From: Candidatus Limnocylindria bacterium
GTDB taxonomy: Bacteria; Chloroflexota; Limnocylindria; Limnocylindrales; CSP1-4
Direction of reading: 5' to 3'
Assembly (NCBI GenBank): GCA_041484785.1
Contig: JBGPIH010000001.1
Span: forward strand, 7,258 to 71,257
Length of the DNA: 64,000 nucleotides
Shown: positions 39,213-49,245 of the stretch, piece after piece
How the letters are laid out: each line of letters begins with the position of its first letter
Position numbering within the stretch: position 1 is the first letter of the stretch
Notes under the pieces: model-generated
The model's input: only the letters and a program-made list of their open reading frames with translations
What the model was told of the DNA's origin: nothing
Database searches by the model: none
Translations under genes and position numbers: made by a program

Positions 39213-39720
39213 CTTGGCGACCTCCTTGTGGGATGAGTGGATCAGTCCGGTACGCCGACCAACGGCCGGCCTCCGGTTCCGTGCCGAATCCGTGCCACCA
39301 CGGCCTGAGCGGTGGAACGGCCGGGCCGTCTGCGCGAGGTCGGGGAGGAGCAGCTGTGCCACGTCGAGCGAGCCGTCCTCGAAGCCACGCCGGGCAGCGG
39401 CCATGTAGATCCGCCAGGTTCGGTTGTGGAAGCGAATGGCGGCAAGGTCGCGAGCCCGCGAATGGCGCCGTCCGGAGAGGCGGGCCCGGCGTCGAAGGTC
39501 ACGCGCCGGCCTCGAACCGCGGCGCAATTCGACACCGAGGCGGGCCAGCCGCGGCAGGTCCAGGCCGAGGCGTCGCAGCTTGAACGATCGGCCGGCGTCG
39601 ATGGCCGTCCAGATGTCACCCGCGGGGAAAGCTCGACCGACGAGCGCGAGAGATTCCTGGGCCATCGCCGCGCAACGCCCGACGCGGCCGAGCGGGGACG
39701 CCGATGCTGGCGCGAGAGCC

Positions 39721-42252
39721 TCACTCGGCGCCATAGCGGCGGATTCCTTCGAGCTTTGTGCGCTTCAGGAGCAGCGCGTTGACGGCTACCAGGAAGGAGC
39801 TGCCGGCCATGCTGATCGCCGCGATCTCCGGCCGGAGGACGAAGCCGAAGGCGGGGTAGAAGAGGCCCATCGCGATCGGGAAAGCGACCGAGTTGTAGCC
39901 CACCGCCCAGAAGAGGTTCTGGCGCATCTTGCGGACGGTCGCCCGGCTGAGCGCGATGGCGCCGAGCACGTCGATCGGGTCGCTCTTCATGAGGACGATG
40001 TCGGCAGTCTCCACGGCGACGGCGGTGCCGGCCCCGATCGCGATGCCGACGTCCGCCTGGGCGAGCGCCGGGGCGTCGTTGATCCCGTCACCAACCATGG
40101 CCACGAGCTTGCCGCTCGCCTGGATCTCCTTTACCTTGTCGGCCTTCTGGCCGGGCAGAACCTCGGCGAAGACGATGTCGAGTCCGAGCTCGGCGGCGAT
40201 CCGATCGGCGGTCGCCTGGTTGTCGCCGGTCAGCATCGCGACCTGGATGCCGAGGTTGTGCAGGCGCTCGATCGTTTCCTTCGCGCTCGGGCGGACCGCG
40301 TCGGCGATGGCGATCAGGCCGCCGGCCTCGCCGTCGACCGCGACTCGCACGACCGTGCGACCGGCGCCTTCCAGCTCATCCGCTCGGGACCCCAGCCTGC
40401 CGAAGTCAATGCCGCGGTCGCGCATGAGCTTGGCGTTCCCGACCAGGACCGAGCGGCCGTCGACCTTTGCCTCGAGCCCGTGGCCAGGGACGGCCTGGAA
40501 GTCGGTCGCGTCGACGAGCGTGAGCTTGCGCTCCTTCGCCGAGTCGACGACCGCCTGGGCGAGCGGATGCTCGCTGGAGCCCTCGGCCGACGCCGCCAGT
40601 CGAAGGACCTCATCCTCGCTGACCGGGTTTCCCGCGCCCACGAGCTCGACGACTCGCGGCTGTCCGACGGTCAGCGTGCCGGTCTTGTCGAAGATGACCG
40701 CGCCGATCTTGGACGCCTGCTCCAGGGCGGTTGCGTTCTTGAACAGGATCCCGTTGAGCGCGCCGAGACCGGTGCCCACCATGATCGCCGTCGGCGTGGC
40801 CAGGCCCAGGGCATCCGGGCAGGCGATGATCACGACCGTGATCGCGAGCGTGAGGGCGAAGATGAACGTCGACCCACCGATCGTCAGCCAACCGAAGAAG
40901 GTCACCAGGCCGAGGATCACGGCCGCGGCGACCAGCCACTGGGCGGCGCGGTCGGCGAGTCGCTGGGCCGGCGCCTTCGAGTTCTGGGCTAGCTGGACAA
41001 GCTGCACGATCTGGGCCAGCGCGGTATCGGCGCCGACCTTGGTCGCCTTGAACCGGAATGTCCCGGTTTTGTTGATCGACGCGCCGATGACGTTCGAACC
41101 GACCGTCTTCTCGACCGGCACGCTCTCCCCGGTGATCATCGATTCGTCGACGCTCGATTGGCCATCGACGATGACGCCATCGACCGGGACCTTGTCGCCG
41201 GGCTTGATCAGGACGATGTCGTCGATCACGACCTCTGCGGTCGCGATCTCAACGGGCTCGCCGTTGCGGATGACGGTGGCCTTCGGCGGCGTGAGGTCGA
41301 GGAGCGCCTTCATCGCATTTGATGCGCCCGCCCGGGCCCGCATCTCCAGCCAATGCCCGAACAGGACGAACGTGAGCAGGACGACCGCCGCCTCGTAGAA
41401 GACCTCGCCCTCGAACAGGAACGTCGCGGCGACGCTGAACAGGTAGCCGCTGCCGACCGACAGCGCGACGAGGACCGACATGTCGAGCGTCCGGTTGCGG
41501 AGCGCCCGATACGCGCCGACGAAGAACATCTTCCCGCTCCAGGCGACGGCGGGCGTGGCGAGCAGGAAGGCCAGGATGTCCTTGTCGATCCCGAACGGAG
41601 TGCCGAGGCGGATGCTGAAGACCTCGGTCGCGAGCGGCGAGTAGAGGAAGATCGGGACGGCCAGGATGAACGCCACGATGAAGCGGTTCCGCATGTCGCG
41701 GACCATTTCCTCCATCGTCATCCCGCCGCCATGCCCCATGCCGTGAGCCATCTGGGCCATCTCGCCCTGGACGGGTGCGCCCGCGGCCGCCGCTGCCATC
41801 GCGTGGCCGGCGTGCTCGTCATGGGCCGCAGGCGCCGCCTTCGCCGGAGCCGGAGCCGGAGCGGCCATCGTGTGGCCGGCGTGCGCATGATCGGCTGCGC
41901 CGGGCGTCTCCGCCTTCGCCGGGGCCGGGGCGGCCATCGCGTGGCCGGCGTGTTCGAGCGGCGGCGCGTGTGCGGCACCATGTGCAACCGTGCTGCCGAT
42001 GACGGCCGTCTGCTCGTCCTGGCAGAGATGGCACGGGACGACCTCGCCACCGCAGCGGCAACCGAAGCGCTCGATCAGCGCCCGGACGTCATCCGCGGAC
42101 AGTGCCGTCTCGTCGTAGTGGACGGTCACCGTCTGGGAGACAGGGTTGGCCTCCGCTTGCTCGACACCGCGCTGCCGCTGGAGGAATGCCTCGAGACCCG
42201 TGGCGCTGCTGGCCCGTAGGAGCCCTCCTGCTTCAAAGACTCTGCCCGTCAC
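39721..42252 (-). CDS. P1B-type heavy-metal ATPase (CopB-like) with His/Met-rich N-terminus and CPD transmembrane motif
   Basis: [25 protein letters not shown] and MAGSS motifs. TM6 reads [13 protein letters not shown]; the gat codon was verified on the reverse strand near 40800. N-terminal repeats [13 protein letters not shown] x3 plus a Met/His cluster. Confidence 0.9.
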   Translation of the reverse strand: MTGRVFEAGGLLRASSATGLEAFLQRQRGVEQAEANPVSQTVTVHYDETALSADDVRALIERFGCRCGGEVVPCHLCQDEQTAVIGSTVAHGAAHAPPLEHAGHAMAAPAPAKAETPGAADHAHAGHTMAAPAPAPAKAAPAAHDEHAGHAMAAAAAGAPVQGEMAQMAHGMGHGGGMTMEEMVRDMRNRFIVAFILAVPIFLYSPLATEVFSIRLGTPFGIDKDILAFLLATPAVAWSGKMFFVGAYRALRNRTLDMSVLVALSVGSGYLFSVAATFLFEGEVFYEAAVVLLTFVLFGHWLEMRARAGASNAMKALLDLTPPKATVIRNGEPVEIATAEVVIDDIVLIKPGDKVPVDGVIVDGQSSVDESMITGESVPVEKTVGSNVIGASINKTGTFRFKATKVGADTALAQIVQLVQLAQNSKAPAQRLADRAAQWLVAAAVILGLVTFFGWLTIGGSTFIFALTLAITVVIIACPDALGLATPTAIMVGTGLGALNGILFKNATALEQASKIGAVIFDKTGTLTVGQPRVVELVGAGNPVSEDEVLRLAASAEGSSEHPLAQAVVDSAKERKLTLVDATDFQAVPGHGLEAKVDGRSVLVGNAKLMRDRGIDFGRLGSRADELEGAGRTVVRVAVDGEAGGLIAIADAVRPSAKETIERLHNLGIQVAMLTGDNQATADRIAAELGLDIVFAEVLPGQKADKVKEIQASGKLVAMVGDGINDAPALAQADVGIAIGAGTAVAVETADIVLMKSDPIDVLGAIALSRATVRKMRQNLFWAVGYNSVAFPIAMGLFYPAFGFVLRPEIAAISMAGSSFLVAVNALLLKRTKLEGIRRYGAE
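41800..41975 (-). repeat. Three imperfect ~60-bp tandem repeats encoding the His/Met-rich units ([15 protein letters not shown])
   Basis: Repeated ggccatcg(c/t)gtggccggcgtg units read in the sequence. Confidence 0.7.
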
Positions 42253-42525
42253 TGCCTGCTCCGTTCGTGTTGCGTGCGTATGATTGTCGCGCCACTACGG
42301 CGCTGTCGTACATAGAGTCTCATCGACATCGCCAGCGCGTCCGTGGCGGCTTGGTCGATCCTCGGCGTCGAGCCTGAGTCGTCGATGAGGTGAACCTGAG
42401 AAGGCGCAAGATCCACGCCACGTCGCCTTTCGTGACCTTTCTTAGCTTCGATTCAGCGGGGTCTCAGGTTCGGGCCTGACAGTCGGGATTGACGACGCGC
42501 CAGTGACAGAAGAAGAGGTTGATCG

Positions 42526-42729
42526 ATGACACGAACGATCCGGTTGGCCCTCGCCGCCGGCGCACTCTTGGCGCTGCTCATCGGGTCCAGCCCGGTCGCC
42601 GCGGCGGGTGACGGGGCCGCTTACGGCGCCTGCGTCGCCCATCATGCAACCACAGAGGGCGGCTTCAGTGGCGAGCACAATCCCGGGATGCACCTCGGCT
42701 TCTCGGGCTGGTCGGGCTGTCCTGACTGA
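42526..42729 (+). CDS. Small secreted protein (67 aa)
   Basis: GAAGAAGAGG before the ATG; signal peptide; GEHNPGMHLGFSGWSGC. Confidence 0.35.
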   Translation: MTRTIRLALAAGALLALLIGSSPVAAAGDGAAYGACVAHHATTEGGFSGEHNPGMHLGFSGWSGCPD

Positions 42730-42930
42730 CAACTCCATTCGCGTACCCACGGGCGGGCCAGTCACCACCTCCCTTCCGGTGATTGGACCGCTCCCTCCCT
42801 TTGTCCCCGGCACCCCCCGGCCGGGGGACAGGACGGCGGGGCCGGCTCAGCCGGCCCCGCCGTATTTCTTCGCCCAGGTGTTCCCATCGGGTCAGGACCT
42901 GGTTCTCGGACCTACTCAGGAGGGCAAGTC

Positions 42931-43497
42931 GTGGAACCGCTCCTATTGATCATCGCGGCAGCGATCGCCGCGGTCGTCCTCGTCTACGTCGTCCGCATGT
43001 ACAACGGGCTGGTGCAGCGCCGGCTCCGAACGGACGCTGCCTGGGCCCAGATCGACGTCCAGCTCAAGCGCCGGCATGACCTGGTCCCCAACCTCGTGGC
43101 CGCCGTCAAGGGCTACATGGGCTTTGAGCAGGCCGTCCTAACACAGGTCACCGAGGCGCGGGCGAATGCGGTCAGCGCCGGCGCCGCCAGCCCGGCGCAG
43201 GTCGCAGCGGCCGAGGGCGTCCTGACCACAGCCCTCCGATCGCTCTTCGCGGTCGTCGAGAACTACCCGGATCTCAAGGCCAGTCAGAACGTCAGCGCGC
43301 TGCAGGCCCAACTGGCCACGACCGAGAACCAGATCGGGGTCGCCCGTGACGGCTACAACGCGGCCGTGCGCGACTACGACACCGCGATCGCGACGTTTCC
43401 GACGCGGCTCATGGCCGGCTCAATGGGCTTCGCACGGCGGGAGTTCTTCGAGGCCGAGCCGGAGGCACGCGAGGTCCCGAGCGTTCAGCTGCGCTGA
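42931..43497 (+). CDS. LemA-family protein
   Basis: N-terminal TM plus the LemA conserved region (NLVAAVKGYMGFEQAVLTQVTEAR...VENYPDLKASQN). Confidence 0.8.
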   Translation: MEPLLLIIAAAIAAVVLVYVVRMYNGLVQRRLRTDAAWAQIDVQLKRRHDLVPNLVAAVKGYMGFEQAVLTQVTEARANAVSAGAASPAQVAAAEGVLTTALRSLFAVVENYPDLKASQNVSALQAQLATTENQIGVARDGYNAAVRDYDTAIATFPTRLMAGSMGFARREFFEAEPEAREVPSVQLR

Positions 43498-44447
43498 GCT
43501 CCATGCGTCGAGGTTGCCGGTCGGCCAGATTGAACGTCGACGAACTGACTCCGACGCGACCGTAGTAGATTGTGGCGACCATGACCGCGCACGGGCATCC
43601 GTCAGGGAATCAGCTGACCGGCGGTCCGACCCCTAAAGTCGTCGGCGGCAGTCAGTTGATTGTCGACCAGATCATCGTCCCCAACGCCTTCTGGTCAAGG
43701 AGCGCCGCGGTCACTGGCCGGAGCGGGCCATCGGGCCAACTGTTCCCGAGGACGTTTGACTCTTCTGGAGCCATCGTCGCACCGGAGCCCGAGCCGGTCC
43801 GACGCCGGTCGAGAAGGGAGTATTGACGGAGCTCGTCACGGGTGTCGCATGTCTGGCTTCGATCGACTCGGACCGTCCGCTCGACGACCGCCGGTGCCGG
43901 GCGGATCGTCCCTTCCGCGGTCCGCAGCGATGACGAGGACCGAAGACCGCCGGCCGCGGGTCGGCGCTCGGCGGCCATCGAGGAGCCATATCTCTGGCGG
44001 GATCTCCATGCGCCTCTGGAGCCGGACGTACAGCTCGTTGAGATACGCGACGCGCTCGTCGGCGCGACGGTACAGCTCGCCTCCCGCTGGAGCGCTTCGG
44101 CGTTGCGCGACTGCTTCGCGCAGCTGGGTCGCGAGGACCTGCAGGGCGTCAGAGAGCTGCGCAACTGGGTTTCGGGCGGGCAGCGTCACGGTCTGGGAGA
44201 GCGCGTGAGCCCGAGATCGGTCTCCTGGCTGAGTGCGATGGTCGAGCGCGACGTGTTGGCTGTTCATCCGGGTATTGCAGCGCCCGTCGCTGAGATGCCG
44301 ATGAGGCAGACCTGCAAATTGACTGAATGGCGATCCCGGGTCCGACGCGGCGCGGGACGGTCCATCTGGCCGAGGAACCGGCGGGCGTAGGGCGCTCGGG
44401 GCCCTCGACGTATCGCCGCTGCTCTTCCGTGTAGATCGTGTCGGACC

Positions 44448-44573
44448 CAAGCTACTCTTGCCCGACCCGGATAGCCCGGTGACGACCGCCAGCCGGTCAC
44501 GCGGGAACGCAACGTTGACGTTCTTGAGGTTGTGCTCGCGGGCTCCACGCACGACGAGCTGGTCCCGGGGCAC
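44448..44573 (-). pseudogene. uvrA: 5' remnant of uvrA (first ~42 codons only)
   Basis: [42 protein letters not shown] matches the UvrA N-terminus including Walker A. The frame then degenerates to Arg/Ser-rich noise. Confidence 0.55.
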
Positions 44574-44749
44574 GCGACCAGTTTAGTGAATGTGGGCCAA
44601 ACAGAACAGACGTTCGTCACACGCACCCAGGCCGCCCCCTTACACGGCCTACTACAGGGCCGTCGTTGACACTCCCCCAAGAAAAGCTAGGATGCGGCTT
44701 CCCGCGCTGGGACGACGAGGGTGCAGCCTATTGAGACAGGGGGTGGCAC

Positions 44750-45382
44750 GTGAGACGGCGACAGATCACCGCAGTCGCGGCCGGCAGCTTGATGGCGATA
44801 GCCTTCGCCAGCCCTGCCGCCGGGACCAACTTCGGGGGCCCGAGAGACTCGGGTGTGCATTGCGACACGGACCCCGTCACCAGCCAGTGCGTCGCCGAAA
44901 ACGCCTCGCACACCGTGTATATAGAAGCCAGTGTCGACTCCCAGCTGGTAGCACAGCTCCAGTGGTCAACAGCCAATTACACGGCCGTGACCGACGTGTC
45001 CATGGTCATCTCGACCTCGAGCAGCAGCGACGTAAAGGTGCGTGCTGTCAATTACGGCGCCAATGGGTGGTGGGCATCTACATCGTGCGAGTTTGCCGGA
45101 TCGCCAACCGTCTATGGCGGCTCGGAGACCCCCCTGCCCGGTACCAGATGGTGCAAGGCGCAGGTGCTCAGGTACAACCTCTACTACCGAGCTACCAAAT
45201 ACCCATCGGACAACAACGCGCGTTCGGTCACCTGTCAAGAACTCGGGCACACGATCGGCCTGCGCCACGCGACCTCTGGCACTGGCGACCCATTCTGGGC
45301 GGATTCGTGCATGAAAGTGAACAACCAGACAAAGATCACAACCACCGATCATGATCGGAGCCACGTCGATGCGCGCTATTGA
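44750..45382 (+). CDS. Secreted Cys-containing protein, snapalysin-like (M7 metzincin-like) with Gln at the first zinc-ligand position
   Basis: Signal peptide. QELGHTIGLRH...DSCMKV parallels the snapalysin HExxHxxGxxH plus Met-turn region. The region is lower in GC than its surroundings. Confidence 0.5.
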   Translation: MRRRQITAVAAGSLMAIAFASPAAGTNFGGPRDSGVHCDTDPVTSQCVAENASHTVYIEASVDSQLVAQLQWSTANYTAVTDVSMVISTSSSSDVKVRAVNYGANGWWASTSCEFAGSPTVYGGSETPLPGTRWCKAQVLRYNLYYRATKYPSDNNARSVTCQELGHTIGLRHATSGTGDPFWADSCMKVNNQTKITTTDHDRSHVDARY

Positions 45383-46142
45383 GCCTGTCCTGTTCAAGGC
45401 CACGCGTGTATCCGAGGCGATCGCGGCCATCGTGCTCACGCTGGCGGCCTGCACGAGCGCGGCGGGCGGAGCCACGCCTGGCGTTCGAACTCCTGCCCCA
45501 AAGGAGACGCCTAGCGCTCAGCCACCAGTGACCCCAAGCGCAATAGCGTCGGCGCCAGCGTCTACATTGAAAGATGCTGGCGCATTCTGGACCAGGATCG
45601 GCGGCGGCGAGAACGCCGAGACGTTCGACTCGCTGAGGTCGATGATGGGCGCATCGGATCTCGTCATGGTCGGCGTGGTGACGGAGTTCACGAGCGGCCG
45701 GCAGATTGCCTTTCCGGAGACCGGTGAGACCATGTACATGGCCGAAGTCCGGCTACGTGTAAGCGATACGATCCGTGGAAGTCTCAGGAGTCCTAACGAT
45801 GATTCTGGGTCGGTCGTCGTGGAGACCTCGTTCGGCTTCTCGCCCGATCCCTTACGCCTTTCGGCGATGGAGGCCAGCACGCCGGTCGGCAGCCGGGTCG
45901 TTCTGTTCCTGGCGAACAAGGCCGCCGACGCGGTGCGGCATGGATTCCCGCCTGATGCGCCATACGCAGGCGAGACGTACTACTTCCTCCTCAACGGTGT
46001 ACAGGCTGCCATCAGCGATGATGCAGGAATCGTCGCCATCAGTCCGGGAGCCGAGGACTGGCCATGGCTAGCCGGAATCAAGGGTCGAGCCTTCGACCGG
46101 GTCGTGCGAGACATCAAGGCCGCGGTCTCGGCGACGCCCTGA
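45351..46142 (+). CDS. Secreted lipoprotein-like protein; paralog of 1014..1733
   Basis: LAACTS lipobox; shared motifs with 1014..1733. Confidence 0.6.
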   Translation: MIGATSMRAIEPVLFKATRVSEAIAAIVLTLAACTSAAGGATPGVRTPAPKETPSAQPPVTPSAIASAPASTLKDAGAFWTRIGGGENAETFDSLRSMMGASDLVMVGVVTEFTSGRQIAFPETGETMYMAEVRLRVSDTIRGSLRSPNDDSGSVVVETSFGFSPDPLRLSAMEASTPVGSRVVLFLANKAADAVRHGFPPDAPYAGETYYFLLNGVQAAISDDAGIVAISPGAEDWPWLAGIKGRAFDRVVRDIKAAVSATP

Positions 46143-46933
46143 CCGGGCTGCCGTCTCGGCCGGTTTGCAGACCGATCGCCTGAGGCGAAATGCGTCGCGT
46201 CGGCGACGTGCAGCGCAGCGCATCGAGCGTCCGTATCCGGTCCGTGCAGCCCAGATCGACGGGCTGGTGCAGGCACGGACCGTCGACCGGAACTACGAAC
46301 AATCGCTCTCAGGCGGCCCGCGGTCGGCGTCGCAGGTCGGCTATCGCCCGCGCTCAAGGCGTGCTGGCAGAGACACAGATCCGCTTCGGTGCGGGCGACT
46401 GCCGATGCCGCAGCAGCAGGGAACGTCCGAGATCCTCCGGTCGGGTCAGGACATGGCGAGCGGAATCGCGGTTTGGAACGGTCGCGTCATCGCGGTGGGC
46501 GATGCCTGGGACGGCGGCACTGCGCCTGGTGAACCGGCCGTGTGGATCGGGCCGCGGCTCTTTGGTCGCGAGCTCGAGTCACGGCGAGCTGCCACCGATC
46601 GGCGAGCCCGCTTCTCATCTCCCTCTAATCCGACCGTGGCAGCATGTCGTCTGCATGAGCCAGCAACCGCCTCCGATCGTTACATCCAGGGCCCCACTGT
46701 GCCCGCTCTGACCGACCTCGAGCGCCGCATTCGCCACTCCCGCCCGTGTGGCGGGCCACGACCGGAGAAGCGCATGAGCGCCGCCTCCCGGGCCGTCGAT
46801 CGCACACAGGTTCAGCCGCTCGACCCGCGTCCGTCCTGCACGTGTCCGGAGCCCTGCGCCGCCTGACAGGTTTGGCGCCGGGCATATCACTCCGATCGCG
46901 ACGACGAGACACGTAGGAACGGAGCACCTCTCC

Positions 46934-47737
46934 ATGAACAGAGCCAGATTCGGCCTTTCTCTTGCTGCCATCGGACTTTGGGCGATCCCCGCTTTGGTCC
47001 GCAACGGCGCGGCGGCGCGCGCCTTCCGTACGATCGATCAGCGATCCGGGCTGTTCGCCCCGCGCGGTGCCCGACTCTATGCGCGGTTCGCACCGCGGAT
47101 TCTTGGCGGCCTGTACGACCACGTGGCTAGGGACGTCGCCTCCGTGGCCGCTCGCCACGACGAGCCGATCATCGTCGACCTGGGCTCCGGTCCGGGCGAG
47201 CTCGCGCTCACCATCGCCCAGCGGGTGCCAACTGCTCACGTCCTCGGCGTGGACCCGGCTGCGGCGATGCGGGAGCTTGCCGAGGCGCGAGCCGAAGCGT
47301 CGGGCCTCGTGAACGTGTCGTTCGTCGCAGGTCACGCTGGAGACGTCCCGCTCGCCGAGAGCACCGCTCACGTCGTCGTCTCGACGTTGTCGATGCACCA
47401 CTGGCCCGATCCGGCGAGCGCCTTCGCGGAGATCGCCCGCATTCTGCGACCAGACGGCGAGGCGCGCATCTTCGACGCCCGCTTCGCCGCGTACAGCGCC
47501 TCCGAGCTGCGGACGTTCGCAGCTCGCGTCGGCCTCGACCGCGCGGCGATCACGCGAGAGGTGCTGCCGGGCCGCGTCGTCCGCCCGTACGTGCTGGTGA
47601 CGCTGCGATTGTCCGGCTTCGAGCGGGAGGCTCAGAACCCTGCTGATTCATCGGTTCGCCCTCCCGCGACCCTGCTCCGGGACGTAGCGGCCCTGTCCGG
47701 GACCGCTCAGGCCGCGGCGCCGCGCGAAGGACGCTGA
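46934..47737 (+). CDS. Class I SAM-dependent methyltransferase (paralog of the ResB N-terminal domain)
   Basis: VDLGSGPGELALTIAQR...LGVDPAAAM...LRPDGEARIFD. N-terminal region TIDQRSGLFAPRGARLY is near-identical to 7852..10029. Confidence 0.8.
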   Translation: MNRARFGLSLAAIGLWAIPALVRNGAAARAFRTIDQRSGLFAPRGARLYARFAPRILGGLYDHVARDVASVAARHDEPIIVDLGSGPGELALTIAQRVPTAHVLGVDPAAAMRELAEARAEASGLVNVSFVAGHAGDVPLAESTAHVVVSTLSMHHWPDPASAFAEIARILRPDGEARIFDARFAAYSASELRTFAARVGLDRAAITREVLPGRVVRPYVLVTLRLSGFEREAQNPADSSVRPPATLLRDVAALSGTAQAAAPREGR

Positions 47738-47739
47738 CC

Positions 47740-48795
47740 ATGATCTCCACCGTCAGCGCGCCACCGCGGAGCGCCGCGCAACCGATGGACTACGCGGAGT
47801 CGATCGTCGATCTCGTGGGGCACACACCGCTGGTCCACCTGAGCCGGATCACGCGTGACCTCGGGCCGGTCGAGCGCCAGCCGCTCGTGCTCGCCAAGCT
47901 CGAGATGCTCAATCCGGGCGGCTCGGTCAAGGATCGGATCGGCCTGGCCATGATCGAGGCGGCGGAGCGGGATGGCTTGCTTTGCCCGGGCGGGACGATC
48001 GTCGAGCCCACGTCGGGTAACACGGGTCACGGCCTCGCGATCGCCGCCGCCCTCCGCGGCTACCGCTGCATCTTCGTCATGGCCGACAAGCAGTCGACCG
48101 AGAAGCAGGCGTTGCTCCGCGCGTACGGCGCCGAGGTCATCGTCTGCCCGAGCGACGTGCCACCCGAGTCTCCTGAGAGCTACTACTCCGTCGCGCGGCG
48201 CGTGACCCGCGACATTCCGGGGGCGTTTTCGCCGGGCCAGTACTGGAATCCGGCCAACCCCGCCGCACACGAAGCGACGACCGGACCGGAGATCTGGCGG
48301 CAGACCGCGGGGCGGGTCACGCATCTCGTGGCGAGCGCCGGAACCGGTGGGACGATCACTGGGACCGCCCATTTCCTGAAGGCGCACAAGCCCGACCTGG
48401 TCGTGGTCGGGGCCGATCCGGAGGGGAGCGTGCTGTCCGGCGACACGGCCCGGCCCTACCTGACCGAGGGCGTCGGCGAGGACTTCTTCCCGGCGACCTT
48501 CGATCCGGCCGTCGTCGATCGCTGGATCCGCGTCTCGGACCGCGACGCTTTCCGGATGGCACGCCGGATCACCCGCGAGGAGGGGATCCTTGCCGGCGAG
48601 TCGTGCGGCACCGCGACCGTCGCCGCACTGAACCTGGCGCGAGAGCTCACCGATGCTGGCACAGGTTCGGAGGCGGTCATCGTCGTCATCCTGCCCGACA
48701 GCGGGCGCAACTACCTTTCGAAGCTCTACGACGACGCGTGGCTGCGGCAGCGCGGGCTGCTCGAGACAAGCGGCGCGACGATCCAGGTCGGCTAA
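47740..48795 (+). CDS. cbs: Cystathionine beta-synthase / cysteine synthase family PLP domain
   Basis: GSVKDR lysine motif, TSGNTGHGLA, GTGGTITG, ILPDSGRNYLSKL. Ends at a TAA that is in frame with the following CBS-pair region. Confidence 0.85.
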   Translation: MISTVSAPPRSAAQPMDYAESIVDLVGHTPLVHLSRITRDLGPVERQPLVLAKLEMLNPGGSVKDRIGLAMIEAAERDGLLCPGGTIVEPTSGNTGHGLAIAAALRGYRCIFVMADKQSTEKQALLRAYGAEVIVCPSDVPPESPESYYSVARRVTRDIPGAFSPGQYWNPANPAAHEATTGPEIWRQTAGRVTHLVASAGTGGTITGTAHFLKAHKPDLVVVGADPEGSVLSGDTARPYLTEGVGEDFFPATFDPAVVDRWIRVSDRDAFRMARRITREEGILAGESCGTATVAALNLARELTDAGTGSEAVIVVILPDSGRNYLSKLYDDAWLRQRGLLETSGATIQVG

Positions 48796-48861
48796 CGGTC
48801 GCGCGATCGGCGCGACGACCCTGGGCGTGCGGAGCTCATCGTCGCGTGGACCACCGATCGA

Positions 48862-49200
48862 GTGGGCGAGGCCAGATCCACCTCGAGCGCTACGGCAACA
48901 GTCAGATCCCGGTCACTGAGGAGGGCCACAGGTCTCTCGGTCACGGCGATCGTCGGGGCCATCACGGACCGTGGCCTGCTCGATCGTGCCTACCGCGATC
49001 CGTCCGTCCTCGAGCGCACAGTAGGCGAGGCGATGGACCCACCGCTGCCGCACATCGACGCGTCTGCGACGCTCGACGAAGCGGTCGAGCTCCTCTCGAA
49101 CGGCGCACCGGCGCTCGTGGTTGTTCGCGACGGCTTGCCGGTGGGAGTCGTGGCGAAGCTCGACCTGCTCGAGTACCTTGCGTGCCGTCGCGGGACGTGA
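48862..49200 (+). CDS. CBS-pair regulatory domain (same frame as cbs, downstream of an in-frame TAA)
   Basis: TVGEAMDPPLPHIDASATLDEAVELLSNGAPALVVVRDGLPVGVVAKLDLLEYL is a CBS domain. The in-frame stretch 48796..48861 is colinear with a first CBS domain. Confidence 0.65.
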   Translation: MGEARSTSSATATVRSRSLRRATGLSVTAIVGAITDRGLLDRAYRDPSVLERTVGEAMDPPLPHIDASATLDEAVELLSNGAPALVVVRDGLPVGVVAKLDLLEYLACRRGT

Positions 49201-49245
49201 CGGTCGTGGCGCTCTCAGCTGGGTCGGCCGGCCCACGAGCTGCGC

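Noticed and set aside
39213-39734. Upstream in-frame extension of the YHS gene (39027..39734 track ORF)
   Set aside because: Arg-rich low complexity (RRLGLDLPRLARLGVELRRGSRPARDLRRRARL). The YHS gene has its own GGAGG SD and ATG at 39212, so the extension is not called as coding.
39424-40992. 522-aa plus-strand ORF
   Set aside because: Antisense of the CPD ATPase; Arg/Asp/Gly-rich.
46165-46866. 233-aa ORF in the gap between the lipoprotein paralog and the methyltransferase
   Set aside because: Arg-rich with no motifs. A short patch (MASGIAVWNGRVIAVGDAWDGG) could be a gene remnant, but there is no support for an intact CDS.
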